The notes under the pieces: generated by a model
What the model was told of the DNA's origin: nothing
Seen by the model: only the letters and a program-made list of their open reading frames with translations
The model's database searches: none
Translations under genes and position numbers: made by a program
Shown here: positions 50,501 to 62,700 of the stretch, piece after piece
Layout: each line of letters starts with the position of its first letter
Position numbering within the stretch: position 1 is the stretch's first letter
Source of the DNA: Callorhinchus milii
Taxonomy: Eukaryota
Length of the DNA: 64,000 nt
NCBI RefSeq assembly: GCF_018977255.1
Contig: NW_024704743.1
Span: 40,922,001 to 40,986,000, forward strand
Reading direction: 5' to 3'

Positions 50501-52559
50501 GTCAGCTGCCTCTAAACATGACTAACGGATAATGGAATTAGCTCAGCTGAGTGGAAATTGCCCAGATGAGTCAAAAGCTCTAAGTCATTAAATAATTCCT
50601 CAGAGGAAAGAAGTGCCTTGGCATGTCATGCTGGGACTATGGAGGTTGATACAATTGGATATTTAATTCACTCAGGAGAATACAGATATTTATGTTAATC
50701 TTCATACTACACCGCAGACTAAATTCATTAACCCAATCTCGACAGTACTTTCCAACACTTCCATAAAAAACGTACATTGTACAGGTTCAGTGACCTTGAG
50801 AACAGCTGTTTAGCAGCCAAATCAAGATCTAGACTCTGTCAAAATGATTTCTCTTTCAGTTTCACTAAACCAACCGAGCGCTTTATCACTCTGGATTTCA
50901 AGCTATATATTTAGCGATGATGGCCTGGTTGAATCTCACAGCTGGTCCAATCATTATCTGAATCTGCCTCTATGTACTAGTCACTGATATTAAAACCATC
51001 GAAAAATGTGTCTTCATTTTGCTGTGAAGATCATCTCCAAGAGTTATGCACTTGACTGAAAATTGCCTTAATGTCTGTATATTTTTTCCCCAACAAAATG
51101 ATAGATGTTTAAGAAAAAGCAAAAATCTTAATGGGGAATATCTACAATCATGAATTGAATAAAGTAGTTTGCAAATGGATAATACTTGTATTTTTGTCCT
51201 GTTTTTTCATCCCTTCTCAATAGGGGTACGCAGAAGGCTGATTCGAGGCAAGTATAGATTCCGTCTCCAAAATAAATAATTCAGTCCTACTGGAGCCAGT
51301 CACGTTTACTATTATTCCCAAAGTATTTCATATGGGTGGCCAGCTATTTCACAAAGTGATTGAAGCTACAGATTTTATTACTGCCTTAACACTGTGGTAC
51401 ATGCAAGTGCTCATTTGCACAATGAATCAGAGTGCTCCTGTCACTTTGCGTTTGGCTCATAATGAAGGACAGAGGTATCAAAGAGATCAACGTTAGACTG
51501 ATAAGAGACACTCGCTATGAATTGAAGAGAAACCTGTCTCCCACATTTTTATGTAACTGACTTACTTAGAGCCAGTTCAACGATTGTCTGTTTAGATTTG
51601 GAGACAATGAGAGAAATGCATCTGGATTGAATATGATCCGAATGCCATTTGTTTTGTCCACCTTAAAGTTCCTTAATCCTTGAACTCTATAAGCCGTCAT
51701 GTTAGGACACCTATTTTACTTCTGAGGCCTTAGTCTACATGCAAACCAAAGTCATTGGAATATCTATTTTCAATGAGTGCTTTCTAAAACTGAGCAAAAC
51801 CATGAGAGCTTTATGCCCCCATGGAACTCAATATTCAGCATTGTTGGAGTTAAATGTTTGCACTGTACTGATGGCAAACGTCACGTATAGTGTAACATTG
51901 ATTGTTTTGCAGAAATCAGCAGTCTGGAATCAGTCGGGACTCCTTGTTACTTGTGCTGTGGATTACTTGTGCTGTGCATCAGGATTAATGTAACGGAAGC
52001 CACTCCACAGCTAACCTTTTAAAAATAACCTTTGAAAAGTACTCAGGCTGCCCGCTGTACATTTAAAAATTATAATTTTAGAAAAGAGTGGACTATTCTG
52101 CCAGATATCATTTTGCTTTTGAAATTTCTCTAACAGTTGGGAGTTCAATGAGCAGAGCTGCGGGAGTATACTGAAGTAAACATGCGTGAAGCTCTGATTT
52201 TTACTCAGTTGGTGAACAGTGCAAGCAGACAAAATAAACACGGCTCCTTGTTCATACTACTGCAAGGAATGTTGTGATATATGTAAGGATCATAACAGGT
52301 TTTTTTTAAACAGTTTTCACCAATTATATGCTCATATTGCTAAAAACACTGTATTCTCCCAAATTTGATCTAAAAATGAACTGAGCTTTTTTTTTGCAGT
52401 GATGTGCACACATCAGTTTCTGGCAATGAATGTAATGCATTGTGAATCAAGTTGCCGATATGAGCAGCACTGTTAACAGTGTTTTGAGTGCCCATGGTGA
52501 CCATTAAATTTTTTTGCTAGCAAGTCCTTAATACTGACTTGTAGTGTAAAAGCGAAGAT

Positions 52560-52935
52560 AGAAATGTGAGACAGAGAGAGGGACTCGGAGTCAGACATGG
52601 AAGGATCAGTGAGAGAGAAGGGCAGGCAGAGACAGAGAGACACACCGACTGAGGTAGAGAGAGAATGAGGTACGGAAAGAGACTGCATTGGTGAGAGAGA
52701 GAGAGAGAGAGAGAGAGAAAGTATATGTTATAGAAACAGAGAGTCATAGAGAAGAAAAAATCATAGAGAGAAAAAGAGCTGGCACAGTGTGTTATTACAA
52801 CAACAATAATTGTTGTAATAACATTACAATAATATTATTATTACAATATCATTAATAATATTAATATCATAACACAATTATTATTATATTATATTAATAT
52901 TATTTATTATTTATAATAATAATAAATGTGTTATT
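52560..52935. repeat. Degenerate GA-rich tract with pure (GA)n at ~52692-52718, followed by an AT-rich low-complexity tract
   Basis: Seen directly. Confidence 0.9.
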
Positions 52936-53469
52936 ACTTTTGTATAGCGTCTTTCGTGTCAGGAGGACATCCAAAGGTGCTGAGACAGTACAGCTCCTGA
53001 TAGAACATTGTTTTCACTGTAACCAATTTGCATTATGCGTACTCTCGTTATATTAATTTTGTTCAGGGGTCAGGCAGCTGTAGAGGAAGAAGCAGGCAGC
53101 ATCATCTGCCTTTAAGGCTCTGACAATATAATTGCATGACTGCCACCTTAGATCCACAGTGAATTCAGTCTCAAGCTTGTATTCTCTGTTAGGCTGTCCA
53201 CTCCCGAGGCGCCTTCACTCGGATTTAAATATGTCTGAATCAGGGAAGTTGCAATATTTCCTTACATGAATAAACATTGATGAAACACAAGCAATTACAG
53301 CCGGAATGCCATGTTTCATGTCTGTATTTCAACACACAGTCATACACAAGATGCATTTATTTCATGAACCACTAATACAATTACAATAAACTAGAAGGGA
53401 ACCAGTCAAAGGAATGTAAACCTTGCTTCTGTTCAGGTGCGCCCAGTTTTATATTTTTTACCCATATTG

Positions 53470-53888
53470 CTAGGTTTCATTGGATCCCTGGCTCCCAGTG
53501 GACTGACTTCAGGACCCTCACATTCATCTACAAATCCATATATGCCCCACCCCTCCCCTCCCTTCCAGCTTCACTTGTCCCTCTGCATTCCTCGACCCCT
53601 GTGCCTCAATATTGTTGTCTGAAACTTCAGTCACTGGACTCATACCCCCTGAACTTCCTCCATAAATCCTTCCACCTCATTGCCTTCCTATCTGCATTTA
53701 AAAGCCTCCTGCAAACCTACCTCTTCGACTATTCTTCAGGCACTTCCCTCCTCCCAACTTGATGCCTGGCACCATCTCTGTAAAGTGATTATTCTCCATA
53801 TATTCACAGTATATTCTGTGAAGCGCTTTGAGACATCTCAAAGATGTGATAGGGCACTATATCAAATGCAGGAATTATTATTATTATT
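53470..53888 (+). mobile_element. Old L2 fragment followed by a SINE-type tail
   Basis: CATTGGATCCCTGGCTCCCAGTGGACTGACTTCAGGACCCTC (HWIP..Q..DF); tail GAAGCGCTTTGAGACATCTCAAAGATGTGATAGGGCACTATATCAAATGCAGGA(ATT)n. Confidence 0.7.
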
Positions 53889-56279
53889 AAAAGTGCTTCA
53901 AAGTGTTACTTTAAATGAAAGGCCAACTATTGGATGTGACTAAAATTGTGAATTACTCAATAGAATATGTGTGTGCTGTATATTTACAGTAATCAGAATG
54001 AATTATTAGTAACAAATTTGAGTGAATGAATGGTAAGTCTTTGTTCTTGCATTTAATCCTGACAGTGAGGCTTGTTGGGAAAGATATCAGCATGAATGAC
54101 TGTTTGACGTTGGAAATGTCACCTCGGGATGTAAAGTACATCTCCCCAGGCAAGCATATATATGTCACACCAACTTGCAAGAAGTTAGCCCTCAATCGAG
54201 ATTAGTTTGGAGTCAAGTTCTGTCAAGTCTGCAAATCATATATTATGTTCCCTGGAGGAGACCTACTTTATGTTCCAAGGCATTTTTTCTGGCTTCATTT
54301 ATGCTGCCCTTTTCCCAGTGAGCATTTTTTGAACCTCTATTGTTTTATTCTGACTTTCTGTTAACTCAACAAAAAAAGTCAGCAATAGCAATTACAGTAT
54401 ATCAATCCAAACAAATACAGATCAATCACACAAACTGACAGACAGACATTAACTTATCCATCCAAAAATGTACTCATACAATCCTACCTCCCAAATAGCA
54501 GATTTGATGGATTTTTTTAATACGATAAAACACTTAGGTCCAGGCACCATCAACAAATTTCCTAACAGACTGAAAGAAGACCAAATTTTTCCCTTCTTCA
54601 GATTTTAATCACTCAAGTCAGGTTTATTTAGATTCTATTTGTAAATTTTCGATGAATATTTACTTGCAGGAGTTTGCTCCAACAGATATATTAAAAAATC
54701 AAAACAGAGCCCAGTTTAAGTAAATTGTCTGGTCACTTCAACAAGTGTAGGTCTCCCATTACATGCCAAACAGGATCATCTGGCACTCAAGTACAAGGTC
54801 CATCTCAAGTCCTACATCTTCTACCATGCTTTGGGGACATCTTTTCCCTCCTCCCCCACTCAGCTCCCATCCCCAGCTCAGATGTTGAGCTAGTATCATT
54901 AAGCCCCTTGGGGTGTCCTCCCGATGTCAAAGGTGCTATAGAAATGTAAACTTGGATATTGTATTCTAAGTCACCTGTTTCACAAATTGAAACACTTCAT
55001 TAACTTCAATAAAAGCAACTTGCATTTATATAGACCCTACACATAATGTCTAGGAGTGATTGAAGTGTAGAAGGTAATCCCACAGAAGATACAATGAAAG
55101 TCGTTCCACAATAATACATCTCAAAAGATTGACAACTTCAAAATGTTTGTGTCAATCTGCCCGGGTTATAGTTAAATTGATTAAGTCTTACATTGAATAA
55201 GCTGAAGGCATGCATTGAATGAAACTTCTTTTTTACTTTAAGTAAATGTTATCCATATATTGGAAACAATATCTCTTTTTAGTTAATGATCCATGGTATG
55301 CCGGGAGCACACAAGTTTATCTGAAAATCCAAAACAATTATTAAATTAACCATTGCACTGTTGGCAGAAGTACAGTCACTGTTGTCTCTGTGAGCTGATC
55401 AGCTCCATACAATAACTGCTGAAGAAAAATATGCTAATACATCAAATGAAACCATCAGTATAGTTCCATTTGTGCACAATTTGAAAGATCACGAGAGATA
55501 TGTAACTGAACATAGGAATAATAGCAGTTGGACCATTAAGCCAGTTCCACACCTAATATTCTCGGAATTAGGTAAGCAGGATATGTCTCCCTTTGGGGAC
55601 AGAGTTTGCATTCCAATCCAAAAGACACGAATTTCCATGTGTAGGTGGGATGCATGGAAATCTCAGTTGGTTTTTAACATTGCGATAGGTTTCCTCATGT
55701 GTTTGACACCTTGCTGACCAAGACAAAAAATTCCACTATTTCATTAGTTCATGGCAGATCTTAAACATGGTGATGGGTTTCTATTTGTGGCAGGTATCCA
55801 GCTGCCCAAATAAAAAATAAACCAATTTGTCAATCTGATTTTTTCAAAACCATTAATACCCTCACTTCCTAAGTATTTATTGATCACCTTATTCAATATT
55901 GAACATTTTCAGACTTAGATTTCTCCTGTTAGTAAAGAGGAATATATTGAATATTTTACATCTAGATTGCCAATTTGATAAATAATAGGTCATATCCAGC
56001 ACAGACACATGGCCAAATGGTCTTCTTATTTGCTGTAAATTTATTTGGTTCTCTGGTTATGCATTGCTTCAATAACAAACATTTCCCTTCAATCTTAAAA
56101 AGTTATTATGGCAATCAGAGAGTGAAACTTCCTTTAATTGTCTATGAACTGGTCAAAAGTTAGGAAGGACCACCGTAATGGATCATAAGAAATGATGAGA
56201 TGAGAAAAGATAATTTGGCTCATAAAATTATCCTATCCCTATTGCTGCACCTTTTATCAGGGTTCAGTTATCAACCAGT

Positions 56280-56690
56280 TACAACTAGAGACTGGAAATT
56301 AGAGCTTTTATCATTCAAGCTAAAAGGGTTAAGGGGTGCCCTGATAGTGGTCTTTCAGAATATGAAGATCAGTAGAAATAAATATCCAGCAAGCCAGCAA
56401 CACAAATTTAAGGTAAATCAAATCACACAAATCAATAAAGGAGAGGTTAGAAAACGGAATCTTTACCCAGAAATTAGTTGGGGTATGCAATTCTCTGCCA
56501 CAAACTGTCGCTAAAGCAAAATCCATATCTTATTTTAAAAGGGGATTAGATAGATGGTTGGACAAAATGGAACAATAAAAGAGATGGGGATCAAGCAGGA
56601 GGCAGGGATTAGATTAAGTGTCTCACTTGAAAAAAAATTACGCCACACTAAATGGACAGAAAGGTCAATTCATGTGCTGTAACATTCAAT
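56280..56690 (+). mobile_element. Old CR1 3' remnant; similar CR1 ends at ~5820-6185, 20675-20780, 27720-27790, 32710-32885, 38560-38665, 41880-42080, 58200-58420 (+) and 4530-4700, 59460-59720 (-)
   Basis: LELLSFKLKGLRGALIVVFQ (cf. LFSLExRRLRGDLIxVFK) and the recurring 3' UTR ...GATGGGCCGAATGGCCTCCTTCTGTGCTGTA...(ATTCTATG)n. Confidence 0.65.
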
Positions 56691-56750
56691 AATCATTTAA
56701 AATCTACTTTCAAAAGTTTCAGTAAACTTTCTCATGGTTAACACCTCTGT

Positions 56751-56795
56751 CCACACACAGACACACACACACAAACATACACACACACATACACA
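56751..56795. repeat. Imperfect (CA)n microsatellite
   Basis: Seen directly. Confidence 0.9.
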
Positions 56796-57354
56796 ACTCA
56801 AAATCCAGAATATATATGTGACCTTACACTCTACATCATTGATATACCTTCTGCATTCCTTGGTATGCAGAAAGGGGAGACATTTGAAATTAGTACAGTC
56901 AGCTCCATTGGGGAGCTAGCAGCAGGTTAGGCTCAATGGGTCGACTGGTCTCCTCCTTTGGTTCAATTTCTAGGATTGCATATGATCCGATTTGCAGAAT
57001 CCCTTCACATATTTCTTAATTTTTAAAAAACTGTATGTATCTCCTAGTTGTAGGTTCCTCTAATAGTCTTAGGGGTCCAGATGAACTAGGACTGATTGAT
57101 AGAAGAGATCATGACAGGCTCCGAAACCCTCCAAAACGATGTTATTTGGGGCTTCAGATAGTCGAGGCTGACTGCTGACTGATCTGGAGCACTTAGACTC
57201 TTGACTTCACACCTTCTCAAAGCTCAAATTCTCATCTTCCCTCTGGGTGTGTTGAACATTTCAGCATCAATTTTCCATGTCTATTACAGAGCTCTGGGCC
57301 ACTCCTGTACCCATCCTGGACGTTGTTATTTTCACTCAAGTGGTTATGTGAATA

Positions 57355-57462
57355 CAGGGTGACCAAAAAGTAGTGATACCATTACATTGTCTAATATGTC
57401 TCAAAGAAATTATGATTTTTTTTAGATCAAAGGGTAGATATCACAACTTTTCGGTCACCCTG
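57355..57462. mobile_element. 108-bp mariner/Tc1-type MITE with intact TA target duplication
   Basis: TA|CAGGGTGACCAAAAAGTAGTGATA ... TATCACAACTTTTCGGTCACCCTG|TA; 24-bp TIRs, 22/24 complementary. Confidence 0.92.
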
Positions 57463-58659
57463 TATGCTTTGTGTAGTTTTTTTCGTTGTATTGTCTCCTG
57501 ATTTGTTTTATCGGTGGAATTAGTAATGATAGTTGCTGGCTGTATGTGATTCTAGTATCACAATTGCCTCATTTACCCACATGTTAGGTACTGTGGTTTA
57601 ATGTTTTTATAAAATAAAAATAGTTGAGAAATTTAATTTTGGAAGGTTAGAAATGTGATAAAGACATATTTCTTATTAAGATATTTGTTATTAAATATGC
57701 GTTTAAAAATGTGATAATCACACATTTATTATTGAAAAATCAGTCAAGAAATAGAACAAATGTGACCACTATTTCTCATTTATAGAAGCGACAACCATCA
57801 TATTCCAAACTACATTCATCCAACTTTCTACACTTAACCTTAAAATCTTCTCTCATGTTACTAATCCGATAATTATCCTGTTCTTTTTATAGGTGCCAAT
57901 CAGCACATCATAATTCCTTTTTCTGCTAATTTATTCTGTATCTTTTGCTCTATGGCAATAAACTCTTTTTATCTAACCTCTTTTTAAAGCTTGTTAATTT
58001 GATACTTGTGTTTAATTCTCTTTTTTTCTCTCTAGCCCTCCAGCACAAACTCTTGGTTCTATCAAATAGCTCATTTTTATAATAGGATTTTTGATCATCT
58101 TGGTTTGTAAATCCTTAAGATTACAGCCATATATAGCTTAGCATACTGTTACACATAAATGCCTTAGGCACCAGGCCACACTCCCACATCAAGGACATCC
58201 AGAGCATTTTAGTTTCAATGAACAGTTAAGGGGAGATTAGAAAGATTTTTTTTACACAGAGAGTTGTTAGGATCCATATTAGCTTTTAAGAGGTAACTAG
58301 ATAGATATCTACAAAAGAATCATTTGCAGGGCGAAATGAGATTGAATATATTGCTCTTTTAAAAGAGCCAGAACAGATACGATGGGCTAAATGGTTATGT
58401 TCTATATTGTAATTTCCGATGGCTCCATGGACCTCTTGTGATCTGGTTAACAGGTGCTTTTTTAGTGGGGGTACTGATTTCCTGACTGATGTGTCTCAAC
58501 CAGGGAAAGAATATCTACAGTTTACTGATGCAAATCCAGCTCAATGGATGGTTGTTCCATCTGAAAAACTAGCTATACAAACATCTGCCCCCTCCCCCAA
58601 TTGCTTTCCCCAAAGAGTTCTGTGCTGTATCACTCTATGTATAATTCCACGTTATTCGT

Positions 58660-59021
58660 GGAGTCCTGTAGCTCAGTGGTTAGAGCGCTTGCCTCGGAAG
58701 CGAGAGATCTGGGTTTGATTCCTGGCAGGGCAAATTTTGGCCAAGTTTTGTTACTCCATGCGTCTCTCTTTACCTAGCAGTAAGTAGGAACCCGGTTGTT
58801 GGTTGATTGGTGGAATGCTTTTCTGGGGGTAATAATTCTTTAAAGCAAATTATAATAATAAATCCACGACTATTTTGGGGCACTGCTGTGTGCAATTGGC
58901 TGCCGCGTTTCTCCCACAAAATATACAGTCCATTCACTTTACAGTATAATCTGTGAAGTGCTTTGAGGCGTCTCAAAGATGTGATAAGGCCCCATATAAA
59001 ATAAAGAGATTATTATTATAT
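58660..59021 (+). mobile_element. Family B SINE, long form, full length
   Basis: GGAGTCCTGTAGCTCAGTGGTTAGAGCG head; includes TACCTAGCAGTAAGTAGGAACCCGGTTGTTGGTTGATTGG; tail with TCAAA loop. Confidence 0.88.
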
Positions 59022-59854
59022 TTATCTATAATACAGCTAGAATTGTTATAAACTTTAGCAAATGTTGCTATGTATTTGTGCCATTGCCAGGGTTGTTAAG
59101 TATGTACATTTTAGTTAGCATTGACAAGTACCTGCACTACATTTAGCATTATGGCTGCTCTGTGCTGTGAAAGATGAAAAGCAAAATGTTCGACTTTGAT
59201 CAATTCCACAATTGGAGCAAAATTGATTTGACAGTGAACAACACCAGAAATATATTGGTGTGCCTAATGGCTGCAGAAGTTTTTAAAGTTTTCTTCCACA
59301 TATTATTTTGTTTACAAACCGAAAAATAAATCAATAAGGTTTTAATTTCAGAAGTAAGAAGAGATGTTTTTAATTGACAAGTTAAAGCCATGTTTGGATA
59401 AAGCAAAGATATTGGATCTCACAAAAAGCATATGATCTCTTGATTGTCAGTTTTGGAACCTAGAACCATAGAAATGTACAGTTCAGAATGACTTCTCCCT
59501 TCTGACTCTCAGACAGGGCCATTTATTTAGTCCCTACTTAGCTTCTCCTTTTCAGATATTTATATATAAATAAATAAATTATCTAATTCACTCTTAAAAA
59601 GTTAGATAGATTCTGCTTCAACCTTGCTTCAAAGTAGGACATTCCATGCTCTAAAATCCCTCTGTGTAAAAAAAANTCTCCTTACCTTTCTCTATGTTCT
59701 TCTGATAATTACCTTAAATCTATGGTTTCCGGCTCACTAACCAATGCAAATAGTATTCATGAAAGATATAGTCCCGACAAGATTGGAAACAATTATAGAC
59801 ATCGTGGAACAGAAAACATACTGAGCTCCATCATTTCATCAGCAGGTAGCATTT

Positions 59855-60165
59855 CATCAGCAGAATAAACTGTCAAGTGAATTAACTGTATATTTTGTGC
59901 GCGAAACATGGCAGCCAATTGCTCATAACAGTGTCCCACAAACAGTACTGGATTGAGTGACCAAGTATTTTTCATTTTTTTTGAGGGATTATTAGCCTCG
60001 AAAAAGCTATCCTCCAATCGACTAACAACCAGGTTCCTACTTACTGCTAGGTGAACTGAGGCGTGTGAAGTAATGAAACTTGCACAACATTTCGCCCTGC
60101 TGGGAATCGAACCCAGGTCTCTCGCTTGCGAGGCAATCGCTCTAATCAGTATGTTACAGGACTCC
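59855..60165 (-). mobile_element. Family B SINE, long form, 3' tail lost
   Basis: Head and long internal segment present; ends at a small CATTTCATCAGCAG duplication near 59832-59863. Confidence 0.85.
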
Positions 60166-62499
60166 ACGGACCACTCCTCAACAAATACATTTTATGTTAG
60201 GGAAAAAATCATAAATAATTACAATTCTTTTAAGATTTCCTTTTTTTTCTCCTCCAATTCTCTCCTGAGGAACTCATTCATGCTAAGATATATATCCATG
60301 TGTACCAATTATCTGCTGGTATCTTGACAAATAACTGTTCTATGTTTCTGCACCCAGACAATCAGCATCAACAAGCTAGTATATTACAGCTCAGCCTGAT
60401 CCTATACTCATCACCGTCCACATGCATGAATAATTATTAATAATGGAAACAACAGCTGAATTCCTCCCTCTATATCTAAGGGGATATGAATCCAATTGTC
60501 GTGATGCAACTGTTTCTCTAGCTAACTCAGCACTATCTGTGCCTGAAATGACAAGATTTTCAGTCTGTTTGGCTCAGTTGTACAATGGGACAGTGAATTT
60601 ACCTACTGAGCCATTTTAATTTTTTAAAATCAAATCAAGTGAAACACGATTATTATTGTCTATCTAGCAATGACAGAAGGTGACGATTAACCACTATAAC
60701 AATGGAAAACTGAGACTAGGACACATAATTTGACATTGGAGCTCGTCTAAAGAGACATTCAATCCCTTCCATGCTGCCCTTCTCCTTGTAATTAACTGAA
60801 GATGTGCCATTAAGAAGTGATCCCAATTGACCCACTTTAGGATACTTAAGAACAAGTCCAGATGCGACCTAATAGCCCAAGGCTGGACATGTTTTCTCCC
60901 CAGCCACTTAACTAACATTTAAATTCTTCTATTAACTATGGATTATGCTACGCATTTTCCAGCTAACAGATTTTGACTCCACTATCGTTAAAATTTACAA
61001 TGTTTACTCTTTCCTTCCTCTATCCATCGATTATTATGTGCCGCTTGTGTGTTCCTGGGATGTTCAGCCTGTGGCATGTTGGTAAGGTTCCAGCTGGCAT
61101 CCTTAAACATACTGCTCAATAAACTGAAATAGGAAATATTACACTTTTAGAGGAGATATTTAACAACCCAGTTTAACTTCAAAGTACTGCAACATTTACT
61201 TGCCCAAGGGTGGATGACAGATATGTATTAGAGGAGAGAATAAAAAACAAGGATATGAAGCTGTACTGATTTTACATCAAATTACAGTTCCAAACTTTGG
61301 TTCTTCACAGATGAAACTTAAGAGTATATCAGTTGCTACCATATTGGCATCGAGGTCTTAGCAAATATAATCACCTTCTTACTATCACTAGTGAGTAGAA
61401 TTTCCTTCACAGTTGAAGGCATCCAATTCTACAGGGCTCTAACCAGTGAAGATGGAGAATTAGGTTCCTCAGTCCGTCAAAGAAATCTATTGCAAACAGA
61501 GAATCATCCTTTAGATTGGCAGGACATGTTCACGTACTATTTTCTCCAACAGAATGCGAGGACATATTTTACAGCTCCAGATGCATCCTAAGCCATTTAA
61601 TTGCTAGATATTTGACTCACAATGTTAGATCACCAGAGATCTGATGCATATTCAGTACTGGATCACCAGGGTTCTGATGCAGCCAGATACAACTACTAAA
61701 GATTAAGCAGTCATGTGTTGAGCCTGAGTTGCTGACCATTCACGTAAATGGTCCTTCATTGGCAAGCACAGACCTACTGAACGTAATTGCATGGTAGCCT
61801 TGAGTTGAAATGTTAGATTCACTTTGCATTCCTTTTTTGTTCACAACAGGGCATTTGATCAAATCTCAGACCTCTGGGAAGACAGTATAATGTAGAATTC
61901 ATACTGTCTCTGCAATTATTGATCCTCTGTAGAAATATTTGATCCAGTAAAGCCTCTGGAACAGGACTTCAGGTCACATTTTGAATGTGGATGAACATAT
62001 ACCTTTGAAAAATAATTCCTCTTTGTTTTTATTTTGTACGGAAATTCAGAGCACCGGTGGTCTTTCTCGTTAGCCACAGGAAGAGGTTTTCCAACTTTGG
62101 ACACCTGTGGCCGACATTAGGAATAGATTAAAAACTGGGAACTTACAACTGCCTCAAACAGCTGTAGCGTTTCCAGATATGGACAGGCTCTCAATATTAT
62201 CACAGACACTCTCCATTCTCTCTGCAACAATGGAAAAAAAGATGCATATTCCTAGATGGATAGACATATTGTGAAGTGTCAAGATTCTTTGGAAATCTGT
62301 TTAGTATCTGCTTTCACACCCAGGAGGCCAGCAGTGGAAATCTGGCCTCTGAGAGAGTTGCCCACCATTTAACTGTCAGATTTGTGAGATCAGCCTATAA
62401 TTGGAGAACGAGTCATGGTGGAAACTAGGAAAAAGTAAAGCTACTGAACATTGTTTCCATGATTTTTATTCTAACACCACTTCAGTCTGCTTCATATCC

Positions 62500-62700
62500 G
62501 CTGCCTTTCCACCATCAATAATTTTCAACTCTTTTACCATCGCTGTCTGGAACTCTCTTCCAAGATCTCTCTGCCGTGTTCTTTCCCTCTCTGCTTTCAA
62601 AACCGGTATAAAACATATAATTTGGACCACTCCCTCATCTACCCTCCTCCCTGCTTTGTACCCAGCTTGACCTCCCATTGTTGAGTTCTCAGAGGCTATC
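62500..62700 (+). mobile_element. Old L2 3' fragment
   Basis: IAVWNSLPRSLCRVLSLSAFKTGIKH matches the L2 ORF2 end. Confidence 0.6.

Noticed and set aside
59676..59676. Ambiguous base N in a poly-A run
   Set aside because: Assembly uncertainty, not biology.
61628..61681. 21-bp direct repeat GATCACCAG.G.TCTGATGCA, and a similar 14-bp TTACTTGTGCTGTG duplication near 51946-51976
   Set aside because: Ordinary small tandem duplications with no further structure.
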